Counted from the first letter of the stretch, positions 1 through 11,569 are shown. The stretch is 64,000 nt of DNA from an uncultured Candidatus Rokubacteria bacterium (GCA_963747235.1 CAVVEU010000008.1:1-64000), one strand, 5' to 3'. A program made the numbers and translations. Notes: generated from the letters alone by a model not told the origin.

Positions 1-188
1 AACAGCTTCGGGTCGAAGTCCCGGATCTCCCCGGCGACCTGGCAGGGGTAGGACGAGGCGTCGAAGGCGGTGATGTAGTCGATGGCGGACTTGCCCGCGA
101 CCAGGTTCTGCCAGAAGGGTTCCTTGCCGATGCCGTTGGGGGCAACGACACCCAACCCCGTAATTACTACTCGCCGGGAGTTCTTCAT
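1..188 (-). CDS. fabF: Beta-ketoacyl-ACP synthase II, N-terminal part (runs off window)
   Basis: Manual minus-strand translation from ATG at 188: MKNSRRVVITGLGVVAPNGIGKEPFWQNLVAGKSAIDYITAFDASSYPCQVAGEIRDFDP, a typical KAS-II N-terminus. Not in the ORF track. Confidence 0.85.
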   Translation of the reverse strand, partial: MKNSRRVVITGLGVVAPNGIGKEPFWQNLVAGKSAIDYITAFDASSYPCQVAGEIRDFDPKL

Positions 189-304
189 GAACCCGTGCCC
201 CCTAAGGGTGCGTGAGAAAAGGTGGGATAGAGCTTATAAAGTAGCAGGAAATAAATCTAAAACCAAATCCCGTGGTCTTGGCTCGTCGAGTAGAATGCGG
301 GCAT

Positions 305-1115
305 ATGGAGCACTTGCTGAGCCGGCGGCAGCTGCTGGCGGCCCTGCCGCTCGGGTTGCTGTTCGGTCTGCGGCCTCCGCCGGGCTCACGCCCTGGAGGA
401 CGGCCGGTCCGCTTTCGCCTACCAGCTTGATCTATCGGTTCTGTTTAGCTTTTTGACCCTCTCCCTCTCCGGAACTGCGGTCCAGGAGATCGACCGCCGG
501 GCCGGCAGGTACCGGATGACCATGGAGGGTCAGGGGACGGGGCTCAGTACCCGGACGGAGGCCTCCGGCATCATCCGGGACGGCCGCTTCAAGCCCCTGG
601 AGACGAAGGCGGTCCATCACTTCCGGAACCGCCAGAACACCTCCACCACCACCTACGACTACGCCCGGCAGCGGGCCGAGATCCATGCAGTCACCCACAC
701 GCTGCTCCTGGGCCGGCGCCGGCAGGTGGACGACGTCCTGGCCATCCCCGCGGGCCGCCACGTGGACGACCTGATCTCGGCCGAGCTCAACTTCGCCGAT
801 AACACGCTCGAGCGGGATCCGGACGGCACCTATCACACCTGGGTGGTCCGCCGGGCCCGGGCGGACAATGAGGGGCCGGACGATGTCTCGCCGGACGGTT
901 ACCGCGCCGAGCTGGTCCCGCTGCGGTTCCGCCCGAGCCCCGACCCGGCCACCGGCGGCCTCACCGCGCAGATCGACATCACCCGCTTCTCGTCGTGGGC
1001 TCGCCCTGATCAGCCCGCCCGGGTGACCTTCGCGCCGGACCGGCAGCTCGCGTCCGTTCGATCCGTCCTCCTCTATGGCACCACGCTGAACGTGCGCGTC
1101 ACGGGCACCGCGTGA
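305..1115 (+). CDS. Exported protein, DUF3108-like; possible Tat signal; frameshift near 415
   Basis: ATG at 305 gives MEHLLSRRQLLAALPLGLLFG (twin-arginine-like), which joins ORF 453..1115 (beta-rich, TTYDY motif). Confidence 0.5.
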
Positions 1116-2093
1116 GCCGGCTCGCGCCGCGGCACGATCTGGTCGGCCTGGGCGAGGTGATGCTGCGGCTCGCCGCCCGCCCGCCCCAGCGTCTCGAGCA
1201 GGCCCAGGACCTGGACGTGCAGATCGGCGGCACCGAGGCCAACGTGGCCGCGGCCTGCGCCCGGCTCGGGCTGCGCACCGCCTTCATCTCGGTGCTGCCC
1301 TCCGAGCACGCGTGGGGCGATCGCACGATCCGCGAGCTGTCGGGCCACGGGGTGGATTGCCGCGGAGTGCTGCGGCGCCCGGGCCAGCGCATGGGCCTCT
1401 ACTTCATCGAGTACGGCATGGCGCCGCGCCCGGTCCGCATCCTGTACGACCGGCGCGACTCCGCGTTCAGCCGCCTCGTGGCGGACGACGTGGACTGGTC
1501 GCTGATCCGGAGCGCGCGGCTCGTCCATCTCACCGGGGTGACCGCCGCCCTCGGGGACAACATCCGCGACGTCGTGCGCCGCGCGATCGCGAGAGGCGGA
1601 GGCGGCGGGCGTGCCGGTGTCCTTCGACGTGAACTACCGCTCGCGGCTCTGGAGCCCGAAGGAGGCGCGCGATTTCCTCGGCGAGATCCTCCCGCGCCTC
1701 GGCTATCTCTTCATCGGCTCAGACGACGCGGCCACCGTGCTCGAGCTGGAGGGCTCGCCCGAGCAGGTGCTGGCCGGGCTGCGCCGCCTCGCGCCCTCGG
1801 CCACCATCGCGCTCACGCTGGGCGAGGCCGGGTCCGCGGTGCTCACCGACCGCGGTGTCCACCGGCCGTCCAAGCTCTACACGGTCTCGGTGGTGGACCG
1901 GGTCGGGGCGGGCGACGCCTTCGCGGCCGGCTTTCTCTGGGCCACGCTGACCGGCCGCGACGCGCAGCACGCGGTGGATGCCGCGACCGCGCTGGCCGCG
2001 CTCAAGTGCACGATCTGGGGTGACGTGCCCGTGGTGACCCGGGCCGAGCTCGACGAGCTGCTGGCCACGGACAGCACCGAGATCCGCCGCTAG
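1112..2093 (+). CDS. kdgK: PfkB-family sugar kinase (2-keto-3-deoxygluconate kinase-like); frameshift near 1600
   Basis: GEVMLRL, GGTEANVA, SFDVNYR and DRVGAGDAFAAG motifs split over ORFs 1112..2023 and 1611..2093. Confidence 0.85.
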
Positions 2094-2102
2094 CGAGGGG
2101 CC

Positions 2103-2978
2103 GTGGCGCGCTCCGCCGTCCTCGTGCACAATCCCGGCTCCGGCCAGCGCCGCGATCGCTTCCACTCGATCACGCGCATGGTGGATGCCCTCCGCGGGCG
2201 CGGCATCACGGTCACCCCGCAGGTGACCACCGGCCCCGCGGACGCGACCCGGCTCACCGCCGCGGCCCTCGAGGCCCGGACGGACCTGATCATCGTCCAC
2301 GGCGGCGACGGCACCGTGAACGAGGCCATGCAGGTCATGGTCGGCACGTCCACCCCGCTCGCGGTGTGGCCGGGGGGCACGTCCAACGTGCTGGCCCGCG
2401 AGCTCGAGCTGCCGGGCGACATCGATCTCCTCGCCGACGTCTTCGCGGCGGAGCGGACGCGCCGCGTGTCGGTGGGCCGGGCGGGGGAGCGCTACTTCCT
2501 CCTCATGGCCGGAGTCGGCCTCGACGCCGACATCGTGCGGGCGGTCCACCCGGGGTTGAAGCGCCTGACCGGGGAGGGCGCCTACTGGATGGCGGGGCTC
2601 CGCCAGCTCACCGACTGGCACCCGGTGCACTTCGTGGTGGAGACCGACGCCGGCCAGCACAGCGCCACCTTCGCGGTGGTGGCCAATGCGCCGTCCTACG
2701 GCGGCGGGCTGCGCTTCGCCCCGGAGGCGCGGATGGACGACGATCTGCTCGACATCTGCCTCTTCGACTCCACCCAGCGCCACCGCTTCGCCCGCTACCT
2801 GGCCGCGGCCTTCACCGGCTCGCACCTGGGCATGCCGGGGGTGACGTATCTGAAGGCCCGCCGCGCGGTGGTGCACGGCGACGCGAGCCGCTTCGTGCAG
2901 GTGGACGGCGAGCTGCTCGGCCCGCTGCCCGTCAGCTTCGAGTGCGTGCCCGACGCGCTATCCCTGGTGGTGCCGTAG
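2103..2978 (+). CDS. Diacylglycerol kinase family lipid kinase (YegS/DgkB-like)
   Basis: NPGSG, GGDGTVNE, PGGTSN and QVDGE motifs. Confidence 0.9.
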   Translation: MARSAVLVHNPGSGQRRDRFHSITRMVDALRGRGITVTPQVTTGPADATRLTAAALEARTDLIIVHGGDGTVNEAMQVMVGTSTPLAVWPGGTSNVLARELELPGDIDLLADVFAAERTRRVSVGRAGERYFLLMAGVGLDADIVRAVHPGLKRLTGEGAYWMAGLRQLTDWHPVHFVVETDAGQHSATFAVVANAPSYGGGLRFAPEARMDDDLLDICLFDSTQRHRFARYLAAAFTGSHLGMPGVTYLKARRAVVHGDASRFVQVDGELLGPLPVSFECVPDALSLVVP

Positions 2979-3012
2979 AGGAGCGGTTCCAGGGGTGGTA
3001 TAGTTTCGCCTG

Positions 3013-5919
3013 ATGGCGGAAGGAGCGCGGGGCGCGGAGCGGATTCTCGAAGGGCTGAACGCGCCCCAGGCGGCGGCGGTCACCCACGAGACCGGTCCGC
3101 TGCTCATCATCGCGGGCGCGGGCACCGGCAAGACCACCGTGATCACGCGCCGCATCGCCTACCTGATCGCGACCCGCGCGGCCCGGCCCTCCGAGATCCT
3201 CGCGCTGACCTTCACCGACAAGGCGGCGGCCGAGATGGAAGAGCGCGTGGACACCCTCGTGCCCTACGGCTATGCCGACGTGCAGATCGCCACGTTCCAC
3301 GCCTTCGGCGACCGTCTGATCAAGGAGAACGCGCTGGAGCTGGGGCTCACCCCGGACTTCCGCGTGCTCACCCGCGCCGAGCAGATCATCTTCCTGCGCG
3401 ACCACCTCTTCGAGTTCCCGCTCAAGCACTACCGGCCGCTCGGCGATCCCACTCGCCACCTGCACGCCATCCTCACCCAGTTCAGCCGCCTGAAGGACGA
3501 GGACGTGGGGCCGGACGAGTACCTGGCGCACGCCGAGGAATTGCTGGCCGCCGCGGCCGACGAGGAATCGCGCTTGGAGGCCGAGCAGCACCTCGAGCTC
3601 GCGCGGACCTACGCGCAGTACCAGACCCTGATGGCCCGGCTCGGCCAGATCGACTTCGGCGACCAGATCGTCGAGACGCTGCGCCTCTTCCGCACGCGCC
3701 CGCACATCCTGCGGCGCTACCAGGGCCGGTACCGGTACATCCTGGTGGACGAGTTCCAGGACACCAACTACGCGCAGTTCGAGCTGGTGAAGCTGCTGGC
3801 GGCCCGGCATCGGAACGTGGCGGTGGTGGGCGACGACGACCAGGCCATCTTCCGCTTCCGCGGCGCGTCCATGAGCAACATCCTCGACTTCGACCGGACG
3901 TATCCGGACGCGCGCCAGGTCGTGCTGCAGGAGAACCGCCGCTCGCCCCAGGCGGTGCTGGACGCGGCCTACCGGCTCATCCAGCACAACAACCCCGATC
4001 GCCTCGAGGTGGCCCAGAAGATCGACAAGCGGCTCATCTCCACCGTGGGACAGGGGGAGGCGCCGCGGCACCTGCCGTTCGACACCGTCTCCACCGAGTC
4101 CGACCAGGTGGCCGAGCTGATCCGGGAGGAGCACGAGCACGGCCGGCCCTATCGCGACTTCGCGGTGCTGGTGCGGGCCAACAACGACGCGGACCACTAC
4201 CTGCGGGCGCTCAACATGCGCGGGATCCCGTGGACCTTCTCGGGCAACGCGGGCCTCTACGGCCGGCCCGAGGTCCGCCTGCTCATCGCGTTCCTCCGCA
4301 GCGTGGTCTTCACCGACGACTCGGTCAGCCTCCACTACCTGGCGTCCTCCGACGTCTACCAGGTCCCGATCGTGGATCTGACGAACTGCGCGACGTACGC
4401 GACCCGGAAGAACCGCCACCTCTTCGACGTGCTGCACGACGTCCCCGCCGACCTGGCGGTCAGCGACGAGGGGCGCCTCGCGATCGCCCGGCTGGTGACC
4501 GACCTGAGCCGCTACATGGAGCTGGGCCGCGAGCACCCGACCGGCGAGGTGCTCTACCAGTTCCTGGTGGACTCCGGGCTCATGACCCGCTACGCGAAGG
4601 CGCCCGCGGAGCTGGAGCAGGAGGTGCAGAACGTCAGCAAGTTCTTCACCCGCGTCAAGGACGCGGCGCGGGTGCTCAAGTACGACAACGTGCGCGAGTT
4701 CGTGAGCCACCTGGACGCGCTGATGGACGCGGGCGACGATCCGGCGGTGGCCGAGGCCGACACCGAGACGCCCGCGGTGCACGTGCTCACCGTGCACAAG
4801 TCCAAGGGGCTCGAGTGGCCGATCGTGTTCATGGTGGACTGCGTGCAGAACAAGTTCCCGTCCACCCGCCGCGCCGATCCCCTCGAGATGCCGCCCGGGC
4901 TCATCAAGGACCTGCTGCCCACCGGCGACTTCCACGAGCAGGAGGAGCGGCGCCTCTTCTACGTGGGCATGACCCGCGCCAAGGAGCGCCTCTACCTCAC
5001 CAGCGCGGAGGACATGGGCGGCAAGCGCAAGTGGAAGGTGAGCCAGTTCGTGCTGGAAGCGCTCGACCTGCCGAAGGACGCGGCGCGCCCCTTCCGCGCG
5101 CAGCCCATCGAGGGGCTCAGGCGCCAGGCGCCGGCCCCGGACCTGGCGGGCCTCGGGCTCGCCCCGATCCCGGACGACGAGCCGCTCGCGGTGAGCCACC
5201 GGCAGGTGGACGACTACCAGACGTGCCCGCTCAAGTACCAGTTCATCCACATCCTGCGCATCCCGCTGCGCCAGCACCACTCGGTGGTCTACGGCAACGC
5301 GCTGCACAAGGCGGTCGAGTTCTACCTGCGCCGGCGCGCGGCGGGCAACTACACCTCGCTCGAGGACTTCCTGCTCGCCTTCGACAACGCCTGGCGCAAC
5401 GAGGGCTTCCTCACCCGCGACCACGAGGAGCAGCGCAAGCGGTCGGGCATCGCGGCGCTGACGCGCTTCTATCACGAGGAGGAGGCCTCGGGGCAGAAGC
5501 CCACCGACGTGGAGCGGGAGTTCGGCTTCACGCTCGGCCTCGACCGGGTGCGCGGGCGCTTCGACCGGGTGGACGAGACGCCGGAGGGTCTCGTGATCGT
5601 GGACTACAAGTCGAGCGACGTCACCGACCAGAAGAAGGCCGATCAGCGCGCGAAGGAGAGCCTCCAGCTCAAGATCTACGCGCTGGCCCAGCACGCGATG
5701 ACGGGCCGCCTGCCCGCCCGCGTGGAGCTGCGCTTCCTCGAATCGGGCGTGGTCGGGCGCCACACGCCCACCGAGCTCGACCTGGCCAAGGCCCGCGAGG
5801 CCATCGCGGAGGCGGCGCGCGGCATCCGGCACCGGGAGTTCGAGGCGACGCCCGAGTACCAGGCCTGCCGCTATTGCCCGTACAATCAGATCTGCCCGAG
5901 CACCGCCACCCAGGAGTGA
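3013..5919 (+). CDS. UvrD/PcrA-family SF1 helicase with C-terminal PD-(D/E)XK RecB-like nuclease
   Basis: AGAGTGKT, LTFT, VDEFQD, VGDDDQAIF, TVHKSKGLE and EERRLFYVGMTRA helicase motifs. C-terminus has GRFDRVD, VDYKS, QLKIYA and CP...CRYCPYNQIC. Confidence 0.93.
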   Translation: MAEGARGAERILEGLNAPQAAAVTHETGPLLIIAGAGTGKTTVITRRIAYLIATRAARPSEILALTFTDKAAAEMEERVDTLVPYGYADVQIATFHAFGDRLIKENALELGLTPDFRVLTRAEQIIFLRDHLFEFPLKHYRPLGDPTRHLHAILTQFSRLKDEDVGPDEYLAHAEELLAAAADEESRLEAEQHLELARTYAQYQTLMARLGQIDFGDQIVETLRLFRTRPHILRRYQGRYRYILVDEFQDTNYAQFELVKLLAARHRNVAVVGDDDQAIFRFRGASMSNILDFDRTYPDARQVVLQENRRSPQAVLDAAYRLIQHNNPDRLEVAQKIDKRLISTVGQGEAPRHLPFDTVSTESDQVAELIREEHEHGRPYRDFAVLVRANNDADHYLRALNMRGIPWTFSGNAGLYGRPEVRLLIAFLRSVVFTDDSVSLHYLASSDVYQVPIVDLTNCATYATRKNRHLFDVLHDVPADLAVSDEGRLAIARLVTDLSRYMELGREHPTGEVLYQFLVDSGLMTRYAKAPAELEQEVQNVSKFFTRVKDAARVLKYDNVREFVSHLDALMDAGDDPAVAEADTETPAVHVLTVHKSKGLEWPIVFMVDCVQNKFPSTRRADPLEMPPGLIKDLLPTGDFHEQEERRLFYVGMTRAKERLYLTSAEDMGGKRKWKVSQFVLEALDLPKDAARPFRAQPIEGLRRQAPAPDLAGLGLAPIPDDEPLAVSHRQVDDYQTCPLKYQFIHILRIPLRQHHSVVYGNALHKAVEFYLRRRAAGNYTSLEDFLLAFDNAWRNEGFLTRDHEEQRKRSGIAALTRFYHEEEASGQKPTDVEREFGFTLGLDRVRGRFDRVDETPEGLVIVDYKSSDVTDQKKADQRAKESLQLKIYALAQHAMTGRLPARVELRFLESGVVGRHTPTELDLAKAREAIAEAARGIRHREFEATPEYQACRYCPYNQICPSTATQE

Positions 5920-5927
5920 GGAGAGCC

Positions 5928-6729
5928 ATGAAGACTCAAGGCCAACGGCATCGACATCAACTACGAGATCGAGGGCGAGGGCCCGGTGGTGACGTTCAGC
6001 CACTCGCTCGCCTGCAACCTCTCCATGTGGGACGAGCAGGTGCGCGCGCTCAAGAGCCGCTACCGCGTCCTGCGCTACGACACGCGCGGCCACGGGCAGA
6101 CCAGCGCGCCCACCGGCGCCTACACCCTCGACCAGCTCGCGGACGACCTGAAGGGGCTGCTCGACGGGCTCGGCATCCGCGAGACCCACTTCGTGGGGCT
6201 CTCGATGGGCGGCATGATCGGGCAGGTCTTCGCGCTCAAGCATCCCGCCATGGTGCAGAGCCTCGCGCTCTGCGACACCACGAGCCGCTACGCCCCGGGC
6301 GCGGCCGCGACCTGGGAGGACCGCATCAAGACGGTCGGCGCCAAGGGCATGGAGCCCATGGCGGCCCCCACGCTCGAGCGCTGGTTCACCGCGCCCTTCC
6401 GCGCGCGCCGCAAGGATCTGATGGAGCGCGTGGGCGCCATGATCCGCGCCACGCCCGCCGCGGGCTACATCGGCTGCTGCCACGCGCTGCCGAAGATCAA
6501 CGTGACCGAGAAGCTGCGCGACGTCCGCTGCCCCGCGCTGGTGATCGTGGGCGAGGAGGATCCCGGCACGCCGGTGGACATGGCGCGCGAGATCCACGCG
6601 GCGCTGCCCACCGCGGAGCTGGCCGTGCTGTGCCGCGCCTCGCACCTGTCGAATCTGGAGCAGCCCGAGGAGTTCAACCGGGTGCTCGGAGGCTTCCTCG
6701 ACAAGCTGAGCGGCCGGACGAAGCTCTAG
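5928..6729 (+). CDS. pcaD: Alpha/beta hydrolase, 3-oxoadipate enol-lactonase-like; frameshift near 5935
   Basis: GGAG SD then ATG 5928; ANGIDINYEIEG, SHSL, YDTRGHG, GLSMGG nucleophile elbow, HLSNLEQP. Confidence 0.8.
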
Positions 6730-6743
6730 GCACGACCCGCGGC

Positions 6744-8444
6744 ATGCCCCCGGCCCGTTCAGCGGCGGCCGTCGTCCGGCAGATCCGCCTCTGGACGGGC
6801 CTCGTGCTCTTCGCCTATCTCACGACCCACTTCCTCAACCACGCGCTCGGGCTCGTCTCGCTCGACGCCATGGCGGCGGGACCGGAGTGGTTCGTTCTCG
6901 CTCTGGCGTAGCCTCCCGGGCACCGTCGCCCTCTACGGCTCGTTCGCCATCCACAACCTGCTCGCGCTCTGGGCGCTCTACCGCCGCCGCACGCTCCGCA
7001 TGCCCGCCTGGGAAGCGAGCCAGCTCACCCTGGGGCTGCTCGTGCCGCCCCTCCTCGTGTGGCACGTGGTGGGCACCCGGCTGGCGCACGAGATGGCCGG
7101 GACGCAGACGAGCTACACGCTCGTGGTGCTCGTGCTCTGGCAGCTCGATCCGATCGCGGGCCTGCGCCAGGTCGTTACCCTCGCCGTCGCCTGGATCCAC
7201 GGCTGCATCGGGCTGCACTTCTGGCTGAGGCTCCGGCCGTGGTACCCACGGGTCGCGCGAGCGCTCTACAGCGGGTTCCTGCTCGTGCCGGTCCTGGCGC
7301 TGCTCGGCTTCGCCGCTGCGGGCCAGGAAGTGGACCGACGGGCGCGCGAGCCCGGCTTCGTGCAGACGGTGATCCGCGAGGCGGGGCTTCCGAGCCCGGC
7401 GCAGCGGGCGACGCTCGGACGGGTGGCCCGCGCGATCTTCTGGGGCGATCTCGGCGCCATCGCGCTGGTGCTGGCCGCGCGCGCGGTCCGGGAGCACCTG
7501 CGCCGGCGGCAGGGCGTGCGCATCGAGTATCCCGGCGGCCGCGAGGTGCTCGTGCCCGCCGGGTTCACCATCCTCGAGGCGAGCCGGTTCGCGGGGATCC
7601 CGCACGCCTCGGTCTGCGGAGGGCGCGGCCGCTGCTCGACGTGCCGGGTGCGGGTGATCCGCGGCGAGGAGCATCTGCCCGCGCCCACCACGGACGAGCT
7701 GCGCGTGCTCGGGCGCGTGGGGGCGCCCGCCCACGTGCGCCTGGCCTGCCAGGTGCGGCCGCGGCGCGACCTCGCGGTGGTGCCGCTCGTGCCCGCCGGG
7801 GCGGGCCCGGCCGATGCGCTCCCGAGCGAGCATCGCGACGGCGGGGAGCTGACCATCGCGGTGCTCTTCGCCGATCTGCGCGGATTCACCCGGCTGGCCG
7901 AGCGCAAGCTCCCGTATGACGTCGTCTTCATCCTGAACCGCTACTTCGAGGCGGTCGGCGGCGCCATCACGGATGCGGGCGGCATCGTCAACCAGTTCAC
8001 GGGCGACGGCGTCATGGCGCTCTTCGGGGTGGACGGGGCGGGCCGGAGGAGGGCTCCCGGCAGGCGGTCCGCGCGGCGGCGGCGATGGTCGCTCGCGTGC
8101 AGGAGCTGAGCCGCACCCTCGCCGACGATCTGGACAGCGCGCTGCGCCTCGGGATCGGCATTCACACCGGCCCCACCGTCGTCGGCCAGATGGGCTACGC
8201 GTCCACCACGTACCTGACCGCGGTGGGCGACACCGTGCACGTCGCCGCCCGCCTGGAGGCCCTGACGAAGGACTACGCGTGCGAGCTGGTGCTCTCGGAG
8301 GAAGTCGCGGTGCGGGCCGGCCTCGACGTCTCCGACCACGCGCGGCACGAGCTGACGGTGCGCAATCGCGAGGCGCCGCTGGCCATCTTCGTGGCGCCGA
8401 GCGCGGGACGCCTCGCCGAGCGGCTGGCGCGCGTGCCCGCATGA
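6744..8444 (+). CDS. Membrane class III adenylate/guanylate cyclase with His-containing TM domain and 2Fe-2S ferredoxin domain (CyaC-type); frameshifts near 6880 and 8050
   Basis: RLWTGLVLFAYLTTHFLNHALG, WHVVGTR and WIHGCIGLH TM segments; CGGRGRCSTC...RLACQ ferredoxin; FADLRGFT, GDGVMALFG, GIGIHTG and GDTVHVAARLE cyclase motifs. Confidence 0.85.
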
Positions 8445-9221
8445 GCCGGCACGGCCAGGGCGGGGGGCCCGCGGGGCCGGGCGCGCCCGAGCCCACGTTC
8501 GCGGAGCAGGCGCGCACGCTCGTCCACCTCGGGCGCACCGGCACGCTCGGCACGCTCTCCCGGCGTCATCCGGGCCACCCGTTCGTCTCGATCATGCCCT
8601 ACGCGCCCGACGAGCGCGGCCGGCCGCTCCTGCTCATCAGCACGCTCGCGATGCACACCCAGAACCTCGCCGCCGATCCGCGCGCGAGCCTGCTCGTGGC
8701 CCAGCCCGGCGACGACCCGCTCGCGCTCGCCCGCGTCACGCTCATGGGCGCCGCCCGCCGCGTCGAACCGGAGGATCGGCCGGCCGCGCGCGAGGCCTAT
8801 CTCGCGCGGCATCCGAACGCGATCCACTGGGTGGACTTCGACGACTTCGCGTTCTGGCGCCTCGACGTCACCGACGTCTACTTCGTCGGCGGCTTCGGCG
8901 CGATGGACTGGCTCACGGTGCCCGGCTACGAGGCGGCCCGCCCCGATCCGCTGGCCGACGCGGCGCCCGGCATCATCGAGCACATGAACCGCGACCACGC
9001 CGACGCGCTGGTCCTCTACGCGCGGGTGCTCGGCGAGCTTGCCGGCGGCAGACGCGGCGGAGATGGTCGCGGTGGATCGCCTCGGCTTCAAGCTGCGCGT
9101 CCGCGCCGCCGACGGCCTGCACGGGCGCCGGATCGGCTTTCCGCGCGAGGTCACGAGCGCCGAGCAGTGCCGCGCGGTGCTGATCGAGATGCTCGCCGAC
9201 TTGCGCAGCCGCCCGCGGTGA
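8441..9221 (+). CDS. HugZ-like PNPOx split-barrel protein with C-terminal DUF2470; frameshift near 9040
   Basis: GTLGTLS, GHPFVS, ISTLAMHTQNL, DPRASLL, YFVGGFG, IIEHMNRDHAD, VDRLGF and RIGFP motifs. Confidence 0.82.
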
Positions 9222-9248
9222 CGTATGAAACTCCCAAAGGAGAGATCC

Positions 9249-10124
9249 ATGGCACGCCACATCAAGGTCGCCGCCGCGCAGATGGGCCCCAACAACGAAG
9301 GCACGAGCCGGGAGGAGATCGTCGAGCGCATGCTCGCGCTCCTCGACCAGGCCGTGGTGGAAGGCGTCGAGATCCTGGCCTATCCGGAGATGGCGCTGAC
9401 GACCTACTTCCCCAAGCGGGTGCGCGACGACTTCGATCAGTTCTTCGAGACCGAGATGCCGCCCAAGGCGCTGGCCCCGCTGCTGCAGCGGGCGCGCGAG
9501 GCGCGCATCGCCTGCCACGTGGGCTTCTGCGAGAAGGATCAGGGCCGCTACTTCAACACCGCGCTCCTGACCGACGAGACCGGCAAGCTCGCCGGGACGT
9601 TCAGGAAGATCCATCTGCCGGGCGCCAAGCTGCCGGATGGGCACGCGCAGGTCTACGAGCCGCACTTCTTCGAGTCGGGCAATAGCGGCTACCGGGTCTT
9701 CGACGCCGCCCGCGCCAAGGTCGGCATCGCGATCTGCCAGGACCGGCGCTTCCCCGAGTCCTACCGGAGCCTCGGCCTGCTCGGCGCCGAGATCGTGCTG
9801 ATCGGCTACAACACGCCGCTCTCCCCGCTGGCCCTCGATCTGAACGAGCTGTGCCTGCGCGCGGGCGCCTACCAGAACAACCTGTTCGTGGTCGGCATCG
9901 CCAAGGCCGGCATCGAGGACGGCATGGAGCTGATCGGCGGCTCGTGCATCGTGAACCCGATGGGGCAGGTGGTGGCCAAGGCCGCCACCACCGGCGACGA
10001 GCTGATCGCGGCCCGGATCGATCTCGACCAGATGGTGCCCGCGCGCAAGCGGTGGGACTTCCTCGGCCGGCGGCATCCCGAGCACTACGGCCTGCTGACC
10101 CAGCCCACCAAGCGAGGCGCGTGA
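9249..10124 (+). CDS. Nitrilase-superfamily carbon-nitrogen hydrolase, N-carbamoyl-D-amino acid hydrolase-like
   Basis: AAQMGP, YPEMALTTYFP, FNTA, RKIHLPG, ICQDRRFPE and IGYNTP (E-K-C triad, DCase-like). Confidence 0.85.
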   Translation: MARHIKVAAAQMGPNNEGTSREEIVERMLALLDQAVVEGVEILAYPEMALTTYFPKRVRDDFDQFFETEMPPKALAPLLQRAREARIACHVGFCEKDQGRYFNTALLTDETGKLAGTFRKIHLPGAKLPDGHAQVYEPHFFESGNSGYRVFDAARAKVGIAICQDRRFPESYRSLGLLGAEIVLIGYNTPLSPLALDLNELCLRAGAYQNNLFVVGIAKAGIEDGMELIGGSCIVNPMGQVVAKAATTGDELIAARIDLDQMVPARKRWDFLGRRHPEHYGLLTQPTKRGA

Positions 10125-11558
10125 TGCCGGGTCCCGCGAAGAGCTCTTCGATAGATCTGCTGGTTCGCGGCGGGCGTGTCGTCACCCCGACGGAGGTGCT
10201 GGAGACCGCGGTGGCGGTGAAGGACGGCCAGATCGTCGCGCTGGGGGCCGAGGCGATGCTGCCGCCCGCGGAGCGCACCATCGACGCCACCGGCAAGTAC
10301 GTGCTGCCCGGCCTGATCGACTGCCACGTGCATCTCGGCGCGGTCTACGACGACTGGCACACCGGGCCGGTGGCGGCCGCGCACGCCGGGCCTGACGACG
10401 CTGCTCTCGTTCGTGGAGTACGACGACCAGGCGCGGGAGACGCTGCCCCAGGCGCTCAAGCGCCTGCGCGACGAGGCGGGGCAGCAGTCGGTGGTGGATT
10501 TCGGCTTCCACTTCATCCTGAACAACCAGCCCTACATCCTGGACGGGCTGGCCGAGGCCTTCGAGCAGGGCGTGACGTCCTACAAGATCTTCATGACCTA
10601 CAAGCGCCGGCCGAACCGCATGTGCTCGGACGAGTTCATCGCCCAGGTCATGGAGAAGATCGCGGCGCTGGGCGGCGTCTGCCAGCTCCACTGCGAGAAC
10701 GGCGACATCCTCTACCACCTCGAGAACAAGTCCATCGCGGCGGGGCGCGTGAAGCCCACCGACTTCCCGGCCACCTGCCCGCCGTGGACCGAGGAGGAGG
10801 CGATCAACCGCGCCATCCTCATCGGCGAGATGACGAAGTGCCCGGTCTACGTCGTCCACCTCTCGACCAAGGGCGGGCTCGAGCGGATCAAGGCCGCGCA
10901 GGCCCGCGGCCAGCGCGTGTGGACCGAGACCTGCCCGCAGTACATGCTGCTCACCGAGAAGGAGATGGAGTCCTGGGGCCCGCTCGCCAAGATCGGCCCG
11001 CCGCTGCGCCCGGTCGGGGGCGGCGACGGCGACGCGCTCTGGGGCGGCAGCCGCGAGGGCTACATCGCCACGGTGGCCAGCGATCACTCGCCGCGCCGCA
11101 AGGAGCTGAAGGAGCCGGGCTGGAAGAACATCTTCGTGGACGGCAAGGGCAATCCGGTCCCGTTCGGCAGCCCGTCCATCGAGACGCTGGTGCCGCTCAT
11201 GTGGAGCGAGGGCGTGGTGAAGCGCGGCCTCCCGGTGACGTGGCTGGCGCGCGTGATGGCCGAGAATCCCGCGCGGATCTTCGGTCTCTACCCGCGGAAG
11301 GGCGCGATCCGGGTGGGCGCCGACGCCGATCTCACCATCATCGATCCCGACGCGGACGGGACCATCAAGGTCGCCGATCATCACGGGATCGCGGGCTGGA
11401 CGCTCTACGAGGGCTGGAAGTCGCGCGGGCGGCCCTGGATGACGGTGCTGCGCGGCCAGGTGCTGCTGAACCAGGGCCGGCTCGAGCAGAAGCCGGGCTA
11501 CGGCCGGTATCTGGCGCGCACGGGGCCGGTGGCGCCCATCGCGGGCGGCGCCGGGTAG
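10124..11558 (+). CDS. Cyclic amidohydrolase (dihydropyrimidinase/hydantoinase family); frameshift near 10390
   Basis: PGLIDCHVH, SYKIFMTY, HCENG, VVHLS, ETCPQY, SDHSP, NPARIFGL and GADADL motifs. Confidence 0.87.
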
Positions 11559-11569
11559 GGCGTCTCGCG

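Noticed and set aside
5200-5919. Cas4-like Fe-S nuclease suggesting CRISPR
   Set aside because: It is the C-terminal domain of a UvrD helicase; no cas genes or repeat-spacer array were seen in the window.
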